DNA of 64,000 bases from Candidatus Hodarchaeota archaeon (GTDB taxonomy: Archaea > Asgardarchaeota > Lokiarchaeia > Sigyniarchaeales > SOKP01): NCBI GenBank assembly GCA_048887225.1, contig JBHLJY010000008.1:46384-110383 (forward strand). The letters run 5' to 3'. The notes below the pieces were generated by a model. It worked only from the letters and a program-made list of their open reading frames with translations. It was not told the origin of the DNA and did not search any database. Below are positions 19,606 through 30,301 of the stretch, piece by piece (the first letter of the stretch is position 1; each line of letters begins with the position of its first letter). The translations under genes were made by a program, and so were the position numbers.

Positions 19606-22600
19606 ATGGTTTTAAAAATTAACAGCTCTTATTATAATTGTCCTTTTTGTAGCAAGAATTTAGAGTCGAAATATTCAAAATGTTACAATATATATTGTCA
19701 AGGACAAAAATTTAACATAGGCAATTTAGTTGTATACAGATTAAATCCTGATTTAGGCATAGGACGAATCATTAAGATATTAGAGATCCCCGCCTCAAAA
19801 TCTTTAGAAGAGGAAGACACTTACTTAATAAAAAAATACAAGGTATTATTTAGAGATAATATAGTTAAAGTTCTTCATCCAATTGACCTTGTACATCAAG
19901 TTTTTAAAAAAAACGAGAGGATAATCACTAAAATCGGTGAAGGTGTTATTAATTCTAATGATTTTTTCCTTAAGGAGGGAACTTTATCTTATGAGGTGTT
20001 ATATCCAGACGGAAAACTAACCCAAATTCAGGAAAATGCAATATATTCAAAATATGAAACTCCAATAAAAAAATTAATCTCAAGAAACGAGATTAATCCA
20101 ACTGAAAATTTTTTAATTAAATATTGGGCCAATCTTTTCCACTCATATTATACTTCTTATCAAATTAAATGTATAACCAATTCAAGATTATCATTAATGC
20201 CTCATCAAATAAATATTGCTCATAGATTATCTGAAGAATATTTTCCAAGTATGATATTAGCTGATGAGGTTGGTCTTGGTAAAACAATCGAAGCAGGTAT
20301 TTATATAAAAGAAATGCTAGCTAGAGGGTTAGCTGAGCGCGTATTAATAATAGTTCCTGCAACATTAGTCCAACAGTGGAAATTTGAGATGGAAAACAAA
20401 TTTAACATTGATTTTAAGATCTACGACGGAAAAAAAATTAAAGAGTTAAATAGAAGGGGAAGTCCTGTTATTCCAGAATTACTTCATAATCCGTTCTATT
20501 ATGATAATGTAATAATTTGTTCGCTACAATTCGTAAGGAATCCGAAATATCGAGAATTATTGTCTGAAATATTATGGGATATTGTCATTTTTGATGAGGC
20601 TCACCATTTAAGGAGATACCTGATAAATGCTGTAACGGGTAATTACCGTGAAACCCTTAATTTTACTTTAGCAAAAAAATTAAGTCAAAATTGTGAAAGT
20701 TTATTACTTTTAACCGCTACTCCATTACAATTACACCCATTTGAATTATATTCGTTAATAGACTTAATACATCCAGAAGCGTTTGATAATTATTCAGATT
20801 TCGAACATTTTCGAAAAAATATGCCATTTATTAATCTTTTAGTGTCAAATTTGACTCATCTTGACAATTTAAATACTTTTGAATTAAAAAACATGATAAA
20901 ACTACTAAAAGAGCTTAATTACGTTGATAAAAAGAAGAATGATGATAAAATACTCGCTCAACTGAAAAGTCTATCCTTTAGAAATAGAATAATTAATAAA
21001 ATTGAGAAAGATCATACATTATCGAGATTCCTAATAAGAAATCGAAAAAAAAATGTTATCTCGAAAGATTTTTTGAATAGACGAATTGTTAAAACAATTA
21101 TCGTTAATCCAACTCAGCAAGAATTAGATATTTACAATGAAATCCGCTTATATTTAGCGAAAATTTTTAACGCTTCAATTAATAAAAAGGATAATATTGG
21201 GCTCGGATTTGTTATTACTACCCTGCAAAAATTATTGACGAGTTCTAAATATGCGTTTATGAGAAGTATTGAGCGAAGATTAGAGCAAATTAAAAATTTT
21301 AAAGAAATTAAATTTGAAACTCTTGAAGAAGAAGATCCTGAATACTACTTATTAGAACTTGAAGACCAATATATTGATTTAGGAGCAGATGAACTAAATC
21401 AAGATCAAGAAAGTGATAAGGAAATTCTTGACCTCTTCAATCAAGAAAAGATTTTGAAAGATTTTTATGACAAATTAAAAAGAAGCCCTTACGATTCTAA
21501 ATCTGATGAGTTAATTAATCTCCTTTACCAAATTCATGAAAATAATAAAGATGAAAAGATAATAATCTTTACGCAATTTGTTGATACTTTATTTTTCATT
21601 AAAAATAAGCTAACAGGATTAGGTTATTACGTTGAAACCTTCTATGGAGGTTTGAATAAGAAAGAAAAGGATGAAGCTGTGGAAAGATTCAGAACAACTA
21701 AAAACTTCGCGATTTTATTATCGACTGAGATTGGTGGTGAAGGTAGAAATTTTCAATTTTGTAGAATAATGATAAATTTTGACTTGCCCTGGAATCCAAT
21801 GAAATTAGAGCAAAGAATAGGAAGATTAGACAGAATTGGACAGGAATCGAGAGAAATCTATATTTACAATTTCTTTTTAGAAGGAACTATTGAAACAGAT
21901 ATCGTATTTGCTTTAAATAAAAGGATAAATTTATTTGAGGAATCTATTGGAGTATTAGAACCAATAATCGGAAAGATTGAAAAAGATATTAAAAACTTAA
22001 TCTTTTCGTTTCCAAAAGAAAAACAGAGAAAAATAAGGGAATTTAGCTTCAATCTTGAAAAACAGATTCAGAAGGCAAAAGAAATTGAAATGCAATTAGA
22101 TGACTTAATGATTGATAAAAAATCATTTCAAATTGATGGATTAATCTCATCTTTCGCTGTTTGTAATGATGTTAAACTTAGCCATACTGAATTATTCCAT
22201 TTGATAAATTATTTTTTTAATTTGAAGGATCAAAGATTCGGTTATATAGAAAATATAAAAGAAAATAACGAATTTATTACAAAAATTTCTATTAATAGTT
22301 CTTTACTTCATTACCCGAAATTGCAATTATCTAGGGAATATTACGGAACTTTTAGTTTAGATCTTGCTAGAAATAAAGAGGAAATTGATTTTTTTGCTTT
22401 AGGACATCCATTAATTGATACGATATTAGATTATTGCAGAAGTAATTTATTTCAGGGTACATTTACTATCCTTAATCTAAAGAGAGAATTTTTACCAACG
22501 AATTTAGAAATCAATATTGATACTAATGGATCTCTCTATCTCTTTGTTTTTATAATTAAATTTCAAGGGTATATCTTAGAGAACCAAATTTCGGCCATAG

Positions 22601-23172
22601 TTATAGATGAAAACGGTTTTGAAATTAATAACATGGCAGATTTTATTTTAAATATAGAAAATTATAATATTATTTTTGATTTTAATGAATTTCCTCGAAA
22701 TAAAATTTATTTAAATCAAAAAGTTTTCGAAGAGCTAATTCGAAAATCGAAAAATTCTGTAAAATCCAAGACTTCTCTATGGAAAAGAGAAATTAAGGCT
22801 CTAAACGATAAAATTTTTAATTTAGAGAGGTCTAAAAGAGAAAAAATATATGAACATAAACGGAAGGCTCTAAGTATTAAATTAGAATCCTTAAAACAAA
22901 AATTAGAAAAAATGATAAATCAAAGACCAACTGAACGACAGAAACAAAATATTAATAACTTAAAGGATAAGAAAAAGAAAAAAAAAAAGTTAGAAAAAAT
23001 TGAAAAATTAGAAGAAGAAATTAGATTTACTGATATAGAGATTAGAAAGATAGGAGAAAAATTAGATGATCTTGCTTTTGAGTACGAAGATTTAAAAAAT
23101 GATATGAAAAAAAGAAATCTTGGTAAATTTTATACAAATTTATTGGCATTAGCTATAATTCTGATTGTTTAA
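19606..23172 (+). CDS. SNF2-family helicase (RapA/HepA-like) with N-terminal Zn finger and C-terminal coiled coil
   Basis: LADEVGLGKT, DEAHH, LTATP, GEGRNFQF, LPWNP..LEQRIGRLDRIGQ; the real start is probably ATG 19606, which avoids overlap with the divergent gene. Confidence 0.9.
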   Translation: MVLKINSSYYNCPFCSKNLESKYSKCYNIYCQGQKFNIGNLVVYRLNPDLGIGRIIKILEIPASKSLEEEDTYLIKKYKVLFRDNIVKVLHPIDLVHQVFKKNERIITKIGEGVINSNDFFLKEGTLSYEVLYPDGKLTQIQENAIYSKYETPIKKLISRNEINPTENFLIKYWANLFHSYYTSYQIKCITNSRLSLMPHQINIAHRLSEEYFPSMILADEVGLGKTIEAGIYIKEMLARGLAERVLIIVPATLVQQWKFEMENKFNIDFKIYDGKKIKELNRRGSPVIPELLHNPFYYDNVIICSLQFVRNPKYRELLSEILWDIVIFDEAHHLRRYLINAVTGNYRETLNFTLAKKLSQNCESLLLLTATPLQLHPFELYSLIDLIHPEAFDNYSDFEHFRKNMPFINLLVSNLTHLDNLNTFELKNMIKLLKELNYVDKKKNDDKILAQLKSLSFRNRIINKIEKDHTLSRFLIRNRKKNVISKDFLNRRIVKTIIVNPTQQELDIYNEIRLYLAKIFNASINKKDNIGLGFVITTLQKLLTSSKYAFMRSIERRLEQIKNFKEIKFETLEEEDPEYYLLELEDQYIDLGADELNQDQESDKEILDLFNQEKILKDFYDKLKRSPYDSKSDELINLLYQIHENNKDEKIIIFTQFVDTLFFIKNKLTGLGYYVETFYGGLNKKEKDEAVERFRTTKNFAILLSTEIGGEGRNFQFCRIMINFDLPWNPMKLEQRIGRLDRIGQESREIYIYNFFLEGTIETDIVFALNKRINLFEESIGVLEPIIGKIEKDIKNLIFSFPKEKQRKIREFSFNLEKQIQKAKEIEMQLDDLMIDKKSFQIDGLISSFAVCNDVKLSHTELFHLINYFFNLKDQRFGYIENIKENNEFITKISINSSLLHYPKLQLSREYYGTFSLDLARNKEEIDFFALGHPLIDTILDYCRSNLFQGTFTILNLKREFLPTNLEINIDTNGSLYLFVFIIKFQGYILENQISAIVIDENGFEINNMADFILNIENYNIIFDFNEFPRNKIYLNQKVFEELIRKSKNSVKSKTSLWKREIKALNDKIFNLERSKREKIYEHKRKALSIKLESLKQKLEKMINQRPTERQKQNINNLKDKKKKKKKLEKIEKLEEEIRFTDIEIRKIGEKLDDLAFEYEDLKNDMKKRNLGKFYTNLLALAIILIV

Positions 23173-25562
23173 AGTGTGAGATTATTTTTTTCCTCGGTCT
23201 TTGAGGAGGCTTTGCTAGTTTTAGCTGACGACTCTGAGACTCGTTTCTTTTTGACTCGAAGATATAGATATATTAAAAAAGCTACTGATCCTGCCACTAT
23301 AGCAATGACAACAATAATTATTGTTATAACTATTATATCTGTATCGCAAGTATTGTTTTCAATAACATTGCCTTCACTGATATCTTGATAAATACATTCT
23401 TTATTGCCCTTTAGATCATTTTCTCTTACTATGTTATTATCACTTATGTACAAATATATTCCATAATTATCGTTATTGTGCACTGTGTTTTTCTCAATTG
23501 TATTATCATCGCTTAAGAATAAGTGAATCCCATTATCTTCATTATCGTTAACTGTATTATCCTCAATTTCATTATCATCACTATTACGTAAATATATTCC
23601 ATCATTTTCATTTTCATTTGCCTCATTATCTTTAATAACATTATCATCGCAAGTAGATAGAAATATTCCATTATCATCGTTTTCATTTGCTTCGTTATCC
23701 TCTATGGTATTATCATCGCTAGTAGAAATATAAAACCCATTATTTCCGTTTTTATTTGCTTTATTTCTCTCAATTGTATTATCTGTGCTCCCAGATATAT
23801 ACATACCATTATCTCCATTAGATTTCGCAATATTACCTGAAATTATAGAGCTTGAACAATAACTTAGTTCTATCCCCTTAAAAATGTTAAAACTTGCTAT
23901 ATTCCCCGTAATTGTATTAAGAAGACACGAGTACAGTTTTAAGCCACAATAATTATTCGAAGTAATTGTATTTGAAGAAACAATGAAGGAATTACAATCG
24001 TATAAATATAATCCATAATGATTATTGCCCGTCGCTATATTGTTTAAAACTCTACCACTATTACTATTCCTAGTATATATCCCATCATAATTGCTATTTG
24101 CGGTATTTTGCGACACTATTATTCCGTTGCTGTTATAAATATAAATTCCAGATTTTTGATTATTATTTGCAGTATTATCTGATACTAGAATATTATCATC
24201 ATTATCAATATATATCCCATACTCATTGTTATTTGCGTCATTATCTGAAATATTGTTTTTATCACCGTTAATTAAATATATCCCATAATTTCTATTTCCC
24301 TCTGTATAACTTTCCCAGATTGTATTATTTATTCCGTTATATATATATATCCCATGGTAATTATTGGAGGAGGAATTAATGTTTGAGACTATAATATTAT
24401 TGGAATGAAATAACGAAATTCCAATTGAACCGTGAGTTACATTTAAGTCTTCCATAACTGAGTCATTACAATTAATTAAAATGACTTGCCCTGCATCTTT
24501 GAAGTCATTTGCCTTTAAATTATTTTGACTTTTATTGTAATATAGTTGTTTATCATTAACAAAGTTAGTATTGTCCATCGAAATCGATAACATTAAGTTC
24601 TTTAAATCCCCCTCAATTTGTACACCACAAAGTGTCATATTGTTTCCTAAGATAGTTATGTTATAGCTCAAAAACAAAAATATACCATTATTAACGTTTT
24701 GAAATGCGGTATTATTTATAATATTTGTATAATTGCTGCGTTCTATATATAAACCATGCAAATTATTTTTATCTACATTATTCTCTGAAAATGTATTATT
24801 AAGTCCTCTTACTAAATATATGCCATTGTCTAAATTTTCACTTATATTGTTTTTAACTATTGTAATGTTGTTACTTTGTCTTATATATATTCCATTATCA
24901 CTATTTCTGGTAATGTTGTTATTTAAAATTCTAGTGTGATTACTAAATTCTAGATTTATCCCATCTCTGGAATTGCTGGTGATATTGTTATTAGTAATGT
25001 TATTAAAATTACTTGTTAAGAATTTAATGCCATAACTATTTCCATTTAAAGAATTACCTGATATTGTATTATTGGTACAATTAGCCATATATATTCCAAA
25101 ATAATTAGAGGTGCAATTATTATCAATCAATGTTCCATTATTAGTATCGATTAACATAATTCCCGCATTAGAACCACCTGAACCAGAATTAACTATCGTA
25201 CAGTTTTCAATTCTAAAATACACGCTAGAATTTCCGATGATTATACCACTTCCCGAGCCACCAGCGTCAATAGTAACATTCTCGATAAGATATACATTAC
25301 CAATTAAATCACACCACGATTGACTTGCCGCCCACGTCCAATTATGTGCATCAACACCAGTAGCACTTCCATCAATAGTAATATTATTAAGCACCCAAAA
25401 TTCAGAAGGCTTAGGATCTTTTAATTTGCTTTCTAATTTAACTTTTAAATCCTTGTTTTGATTAATTTGTTCATTATTTAAATTGATGTGATAACTACTT
25501 AATGCCAAGAAAAAGATTCCTAATATTAATAATAAGAACTTTTTTTTTGAGATTTGTTTCAA
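23169..25562 (-). CDS. Surface protein with NosD/PbH1 parallel beta-helix repeats and C-terminal TM anchor
   Basis: Signal peptide; many 22-aa NN..GI.L..S..N.I..N repeats; TM followed by a basic tail. Confidence 0.88.
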   Translation of the reverse strand: MKQISKKKFLLLILGIFFLALSSYHINLNNEQINQNKDLKVKLESKLKDPKPSEFWVLNNITIDGSATGVDAHNWTWAASQSWCDLIGNVYLIENVTIDAGGSGSGIIIGNSSVYFRIENCTIVNSGSGGSNAGIMLIDTNNGTLIDNNCTSNYFGIYMANCTNNTISGNSLNGNSYGIKFLTSNFNNITNNNITSNSRDGINLEFSNHTRILNNNITRNSDNGIYIRQSNNITIVKNNISENLDNGIYLVRGLNNTFSENNVDKNNLHGLYIERSNYTNIINNTAFQNVNNGIFLFLSYNITILGNNMTLCGVQIEGDLKNLMLSISMDNTNFVNDKQLYYNKSQNNLKANDFKDAGQVILINCNDSVMEDLNVTHGSIGISLFHSNNIIVSNINSSSNNYHGIYIYNGINNTIWESYTEGNRNYGIYLINGDKNNISDNDANNNEYGIYIDNDDNILVSDNTANNNQKSGIYIYNSNGIIVSQNTANSNYDGIYTRNSNSGRVLNNIATGNNHYGLYLYDCNSFIVSSNTITSNNYCGLKLYSCLLNTITGNIASFNIFKGIELSYCSSSIISGNIAKSNGDNGMYISGSTDNTIERNKANKNGNNGFYISTSDDNTIEDNEANENDDNGIFLSTCDDNVIKDNEANENENDGIYLRNSDDNEIEDNTVNDNEDNGIHLFLSDDNTIEKNTVHNNDNYGIYLYISDNNIVRENDLKGNKECIYQDISEGNVIENNTCDTDIIVITIIIVVIAIVAGSVAFLIYLYLRVKKKRVSESSAKTSKASSKTEEKNNLTL

Positions 25563-25682
25563 TGTTAATCTTTCTCTTGAAGTAGATTTTGATAAGTTAT
25601 TCTATTCAATATGAATTTAAAACTTATCTAATTTTTCATAATTTAAAGCTCAATTAATTATAAAACAAAAAAAGAGTGAAAT

Positions 25683-26198
25683 TTAAGTTTTAATTAATTT
25701 TCGAACTAATTGAAGAAATGCTTCTTCAACATTATCACCTGTCTTTGCCGAAGTCTCAATATAAATACTTCCTTCATTTTCAGCAAATTTTTGGGCTTCA
25801 CTTCTTTCTACTACTTCACCAATATCTTCAAGCAAATCAGCCTTATTTCCGATTAATATAAAAGGAACTTTATTTCCAGCAAATTGGCGAAATTCATTAA
25901 GCCACTTTTTTATATCTTTATAAGTTTGCCCTCTAGAGAGGTCAAACACTAATAGAGCACCTCTAGCCCCATCATAAAAACGATTACGCATGAATTTAAA
26001 TCGTTCCTGTCCGCCGATATCCCATATTGTAATCCTTACAGAATCTGGACCTATTTCCACTGTTTTTGTTAAAAAATCTACCCCAATAGTCAATTCATAT
26101 TTTTCAGAGAATCTATTATGCACGAATCTTTCAAGTAAACTTGTCTTACCGACAGCTCCAGGGCCGATAAGGATTACTTTAAATATGAATTTAGACAT
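25683..26198 (-). CDS. Rab-like small GTPase
   Basis: G1 GPGAVGKT, TIGVDF, WDIGGQERF, NKAD, ETSAK. Confidence 0.93.
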   Translation of the reverse strand: MSKFIFKVILIGPGAVGKTSLLERFVHNRFSEKYELTIGVDFLTKTVEIGPDSVRITIWDIGGQERFKFMRNRFYDGARGALLVFDLSRGQTYKDIKKWLNEFRQFAGNKVPFILIGNKADLLEDIGEVVERSEAQKFAENEGSIYIETSAKTGDNVEEAFLQLVRKLIKT

Positions 26199-26244
26199 AT
26201 GCTTACATTAAAAGTGATTATATAATTTATAACTTAAATAGATA

Positions 26245-27057
26245 TTATTCTTTAATTAAATTATACTTTTTCCCATATTTTTTGAAGTGTTTTGTTCCGC
26301 CTCCCTCTTGGAGCACTTTAAAAGTAGATTCATAATCTAAAATTTTCATTCCTCCTACAATATCTACACCATTGTCGAATAATATATCAGGTATCATACT
26401 TGCTGAAGGACCAATTACTACGATTTTTTGAGCATATCGGTTAAATAATGCTAAAATCTCTTCCATGGTATCATTTATTAAAGCAGTACCAGTACAAAAC
26501 AGAATATCTGTTGACATTTCCTCTTTATTCAATTTATTTATATTGGTTTTAATGGAAAATTTATCTAAAGAAAGTGAAACTGAGGGATTATTCTCAATAA
26601 TAATAATTGATTTTGTTTTTTTGCTAACGTTCTGAATTAAAGGTGTTATTTGCCCAATAAAAATTATTTTCGTATCTTTATCGATTTTCAAGTATCTGAC
26701 TAAATCTACCTTAATTTTCTTGTACGGATTTATAATTTCTAAAATATGTTGAGAAAGGGCGTTTAATGTAGCGACACCAATTATTTTTTCTAAACTTGGT
26801 GTTTTATAAGCCCATTTTAATAGTTTTAAAGGTGATTTTTCTGTTAATTTGCCAGCGAAATTAATTTTGCTACAATCCATTTTTCCAATTACGCTTGGCA
26901 AAGTATATGCCAATCCTAAAAAAGGATTGTACGCATAGGCGTGAAGTTCCACACCAGTATAACCTAACCCTATGACTATTCTCGCCACTTTCGGAGGTAT
27001 TATCTTTCGATACTGATATATTTGTATGATAAGCTCTACTGTTTTTTCTAATATCAT
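26245..27057 (-). CDS. DUF364 Rossmann-like protein
   Basis: GVATLNALSQ, TGTALINDT, GPSAS..P..LF..GV. Confidence 0.8.
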   Translation of the reverse strand: MILEKTVELIIQIYQYRKIIPPKVARIVIGLGYTGVELHAYAYNPFLGLAYTLPSVIGKMDCSKINFAGKLTEKSPLKLLKWAYKTPSLEKIIGVATLNALSQHILEIINPYKKIKVDLVRYLKIDKDTKIIFIGQITPLIQNVSKKTKSIIIIENNPSVSLSLDKFSIKTNINKLNKEEMSTDILFCTGTALINDTMEEILALFNRYAQKIVVIGPSASMIPDILFDNGVDIVGGMKILDYESTFKVLQEGGGTKHFKKYGKKYNLIKE

Positions 27058-27083
27058 AATTTTATAAGATCAATTACTTACAA

Positions 27084-28067
27084 TTATTTGGATTCAACAA
27101 TTTTCTTCATAGAATTAATAAAAAAATCATTATCTTCTATGGAACCGATTGTTACTCTAATAAATTCTGGACTTAACGAATAATTGTTTGATACATTAGA
27201 GACATAAATCCCTTGCTCTGCTAGTTTCTGGGCAATATCATATATTCCAGTTTTCATTAAAAGAAAATTAGTATAACTATCATAAACAGATATTTCCATG
27301 TTAGAAACTATTTTCGAAATCCTTTCTTTTTCTTGGTCTATTTCTTCAATATATTTTTTCATATAATCTAAATTCCTTAAGGCATGAATTGCTGCAATTA
27401 CGCTAGGAGATGGAAGCATTATGTCGAGACCTTGGAATTTTTCTTGAACTAGTTCTCCAGCAATTAAATAACCTATTCCTGATCCAGCCAAACCAAAGGA
27501 TTTACTTAAAGTCCTTGAAACAGCTAAATTTGGATAATCCTCTATCCAAGGAGCGTAAGTTATTTTTGAAAACTCAAAATAAGCCTCGTCTATTAATAAA
27601 ATCACATTTTCATTTTCTAACATCGTTTTAACATCTGTTTGAGTTAAAAGCAAACTTCCCGTAGGATTATTTGGATTATCAAATACGAGTAAGGTTGGTT
27701 TATTAATCTCATGAATGAACGATTCTATCGAGAGGTTAAATTCTGGTTCTCTTAATCTAATTTTTATAAGTGGAGAGGATGTTTTCTGCGCTGCATTATT
27801 AATTAAAAAGAATGAGGGGTCAGCTATGATAATCTGCCTCTTCCTTGAAAAAAGGAAGATAAATTCCTTAATTAAAATATCTGAACCTGAACTTAAAGAT
27901 ATTGAATTTGCAGACACTTTTGAATAATCTGATATTAATTGAACTAATTTATTGACTTCAATTTGGGGCGTGTAACGGTTTATATTTTCAATATTAAGTT
28001 TTACGGCCTCAATAATCTCCTTTGGGGGAGGAAAAGGCATTTCATTTTGATCTAATCTAATTTTCAT
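27084..28067 (-). CDS. hisC: Histidinol-phosphate aminotransferase-like PLP enzyme
   Basis: LDQNE, NPNNPTG, DEAY.EF, RTLSKSFGLAG; ATG at 28067 follows GGAG. Confidence 0.8.
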   Translation of the reverse strand: MKIRLDQNEMPFPPPKEIIEAVKLNIENINRYTPQIEVNKLVQLISDYSKVSANSISLSSGSDILIKEFIFLFSRKRQIIIADPSFFLINNAAQKTSSPLIKIRLREPEFNLSIESFIHEINKPTLLVFDNPNNPTGSLLLTQTDVKTMLENENVILLIDEAYFEFSKITYAPWIEDYPNLAVSRTLSKSFGLAGSGIGYLIAGELVQEKFQGLDIMLPSPSVIAAIHALRNLDYMKKYIEEIDQEKERISKIVSNMEISVYDSYTNFLLMKTGIYDIAQKLAEQGIYVSNVSNNYSLSPEFIRVTIGSIEDNDFFINSMKKIVESK

Positions 28068-28179
28068 AAAATCAACTCCAATATATAAAAGCAATATATT
28101 ATATTTTATTTAGTATCTTTCAGAGTATATTTTTAAATTTAATTAATGAATTTAAAATAGTTAGAGAAAATTAAGAGTT

Positions 28180-29109
28180 ATGATAAGTTTAGACAAAATT
28201 TTGAAGGATGGTAAGCTTCATATCTTTCTATTGGGTTCTGGGGGTCCAATAAACAATAAGGTAAGAGTCGCTTCAAGTATCGCTGTTATTGCTGGCGGGG
28301 AATTCATTCTTGTTGATGTTGGACCAGGTACATATCGGAATGTTGACATTCTGAGGCTTCCAGCATCGCATTTAAGTGCAATTTTTCTAACTCACTTTCA
28401 TTCAGATCATATCGGAGATCTGGGAGAGGCGAATATGATGTCTTGGGTAATGGGAAGGACAAAAGCATTGGAAGTATATGGTCCTGAGGGAGTAGACAAA
28501 GTTGTTAATGGATTTAAAATGGCCTATGAACTTGATACAGGTTATCGAATTGCCCATCATGGAAAAGAGATTGTTCTACCAGAAGCTGGTACACCAATAA
28601 GCAAAATTATTTCAATTAAAGATCCTAATGAGAGAGAATTATTTTTCGATAGGAATGGATTAAAAGCTTATGCCTTTGTGGTGGACCATCGTCCTGCGAA
28701 ACCTGCTGTAGGTTATAGAATTGAATATAAAGGAAATATTATTGTTATTACAGGTGACACTATAAAGACTAATAATCTTGTTAAACATAGCCATAAAGCA
28801 GATATTCTCTTCAGTGAGGCTATTTCTTTCGCAATATTAGATAATTTAATTGCTGGAGCTAAAAAATTTAATTTTCCCAGATATTCTAAAATTCTAACAG
28901 ACATCCAAGATTACCACATGAACCCTACGGCTGCAGCCAAGTTAGCTAAAGAGGCTGAAGTAAAAAAACTTGTTTTTATACATATAACCCCTCCATTGAT
29001 TAATAATATAGTTGAAAAAACGTTTTTGAAAGGCGTCAGTGATATTTTTAATGGAGATATTGTTTTAGGTAAAGATTGCATGAAGTTTAAGCTTGAACCA
29101 AAAAATTAA
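28180..29109 (+). CDS. Metallo-beta-lactamase fold hydrolase (RNase Z/AtsA-like)
   Basis: THFHSDHIG, TGDT, DYH motifs. Confidence 0.85.
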   Translation: MISLDKILKDGKLHIFLLGSGGPINNKVRVASSIAVIAGGEFILVDVGPGTYRNVDILRLPASHLSAIFLTHFHSDHIGDLGEANMMSWVMGRTKALEVYGPEGVDKVVNGFKMAYELDTGYRIAHHGKEIVLPEAGTPISKIISIKDPNERELFFDRNGLKAYAFVVDHRPAKPAVGYRIEYKGNIIVITGDTIKTNNLVKHSHKADILFSEAISFAILDNLIAGAKKFNFPRYSKILTDIQDYHMNPTAAAKLAKEAEVKKLVFIHITPPLINNIVEKTFLKGVSDIFNGDIVLGKDCMKFKLEPKN

Positions 29110-29185
29110 AGAACATTAAAAAATCAACTACTTTAAATAAAAAGAAGATGGATTTTAAAATTATTTGAAATGGCTTAGAATTTAG

Positions 29186-30301
29186 TTAGTTTACTTCAAG
29201 AAATAAAAATTCATTATACCCAGTAATTACTTTAACATAACCCTTTAACAAGTTATCAATTTCAATATCGCCAGTATCAACTCTAAGGCAATTTAACCCT
29301 TTCATTTTGTCCTCTGTAGCTATAACTTTTATATTCTCCTCTCTAACTTTTTTAATTACTTTTGGAGTAAATTGTTTATTTCCTCTACCAAAAATAAAAC
29401 CTTGGCCCCCAATAGGGGACACAATTATTTCTGTGTTAGGGTATTTATTTAATAATTCTAAAATCCCATTTTCATTAATATCTTTCCCGACAAGATGATT
29501 ATTGAAAATTGCATCTATACCGAGTAATGCTTTAGAGACATTAAGTTCATCTGAAATTGATTTAACAGTAGTTCCAGGCCCTAACAAATATAACCTATCC
29601 TTTTTCATATTTTCAATTATAAATTTGGCGATATCGGTTTTATTCTCCTCCACTGATTTACCTGTTTTCGAACTCTGTTTGCCAGATTGTAATAAATTTT
29701 GGACTTTAGGAACTTTTAAAAAACCGTATAATTTTGAGTCTAGGATTCCATTTCTAAAAGAATCTTCGTTAATGTCAAGAACTTCTTTTTCTAAAGTGTC
29801 TGTTCCATTTATAAAAGCATCCAGCATCTCTGCAGCTGACCTTGGATTAATAGCAAACACAGAGCTAAACATTTTTACACCTGAGGGGATTGCGATAACA
29901 GGAATTTTTAATTCAATCGCATCAAAAATGTCTCTGGCTGTTCCATCACCTCCACAGAATATTAACAATTCAATATTCTCTTCTAACATTTTTTTAGCAA
30001 TTCTCTTAGTATCGGCTGCTGAAGTTTCATCTCCAATTTTTCCAATAACTTCAAATTTAAGCCCTTGATCTTTTACAATGTCTACACCCATTCTACCAGG
30101 TGCCACAAATAACCATAAATTTTCCTTATTCTTTATGTGATTTATTAATGTAATTGTTCTTTGGGGAGTTATTGGCTTCGCACCCATTTGTAATGCCTTT
30201 TTATATATGTGTCCATCAGTTCCTTTAAGTCCAACACTACCTCCCATACCAGCAATAGGATTAATAATTAGTCCAATTTTTTTCCTATTCTTATTGCTAA
30301 T
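29186..30301 (-). CDS. ATP-NAD/AcoX-type kinase family protein (probable ATT start at 30301)
   Basis: KIGLIINPIAGMGG lies mostly upstream of the first ATG (30247); GGDGTARD, IPSGVKM, GQGFIFGRGN. Confidence 0.85.
   Translation of the reverse strand: MSNKNRKKIGLIINPIAGMGGSVGLKGTDGHIYKKALQMGAKPITPQRTITLINHIKNKENLWLFVAPGRMGVDIVKDQGLKFEVIGKIGDETSAADTKRIAKKMLEENIELLIFCGGDGTARDIFDAIELKIPVIAIPSGVKMFSSVFAINPRSAAEMLDAFINGTDTLEKEVLDINEDSFRNGILDSKLYGFLKVPKVQNLLQSGKQSSKTGKSVEENKTDIAKFIIENMKKDRLYLLGPGTTVKSISDELNVSKALLGIDAIFNNHLVGKDINENGILELLNKYPNTEIIVSPIGGQGFIFGRGNKQFTPKVIKKVREENIKVIATEDKMKGLNCLRVDTGDIEIDNLLKGYVKVITGYNEFLFLEVN

Noticed and set aside
6875-23172. HerA and SNF2 as an antiphage defence island
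   Set aside because: They are about 11 kb apart, separated by core metabolic genes, with no effector, methylase or mobility genes nearby.
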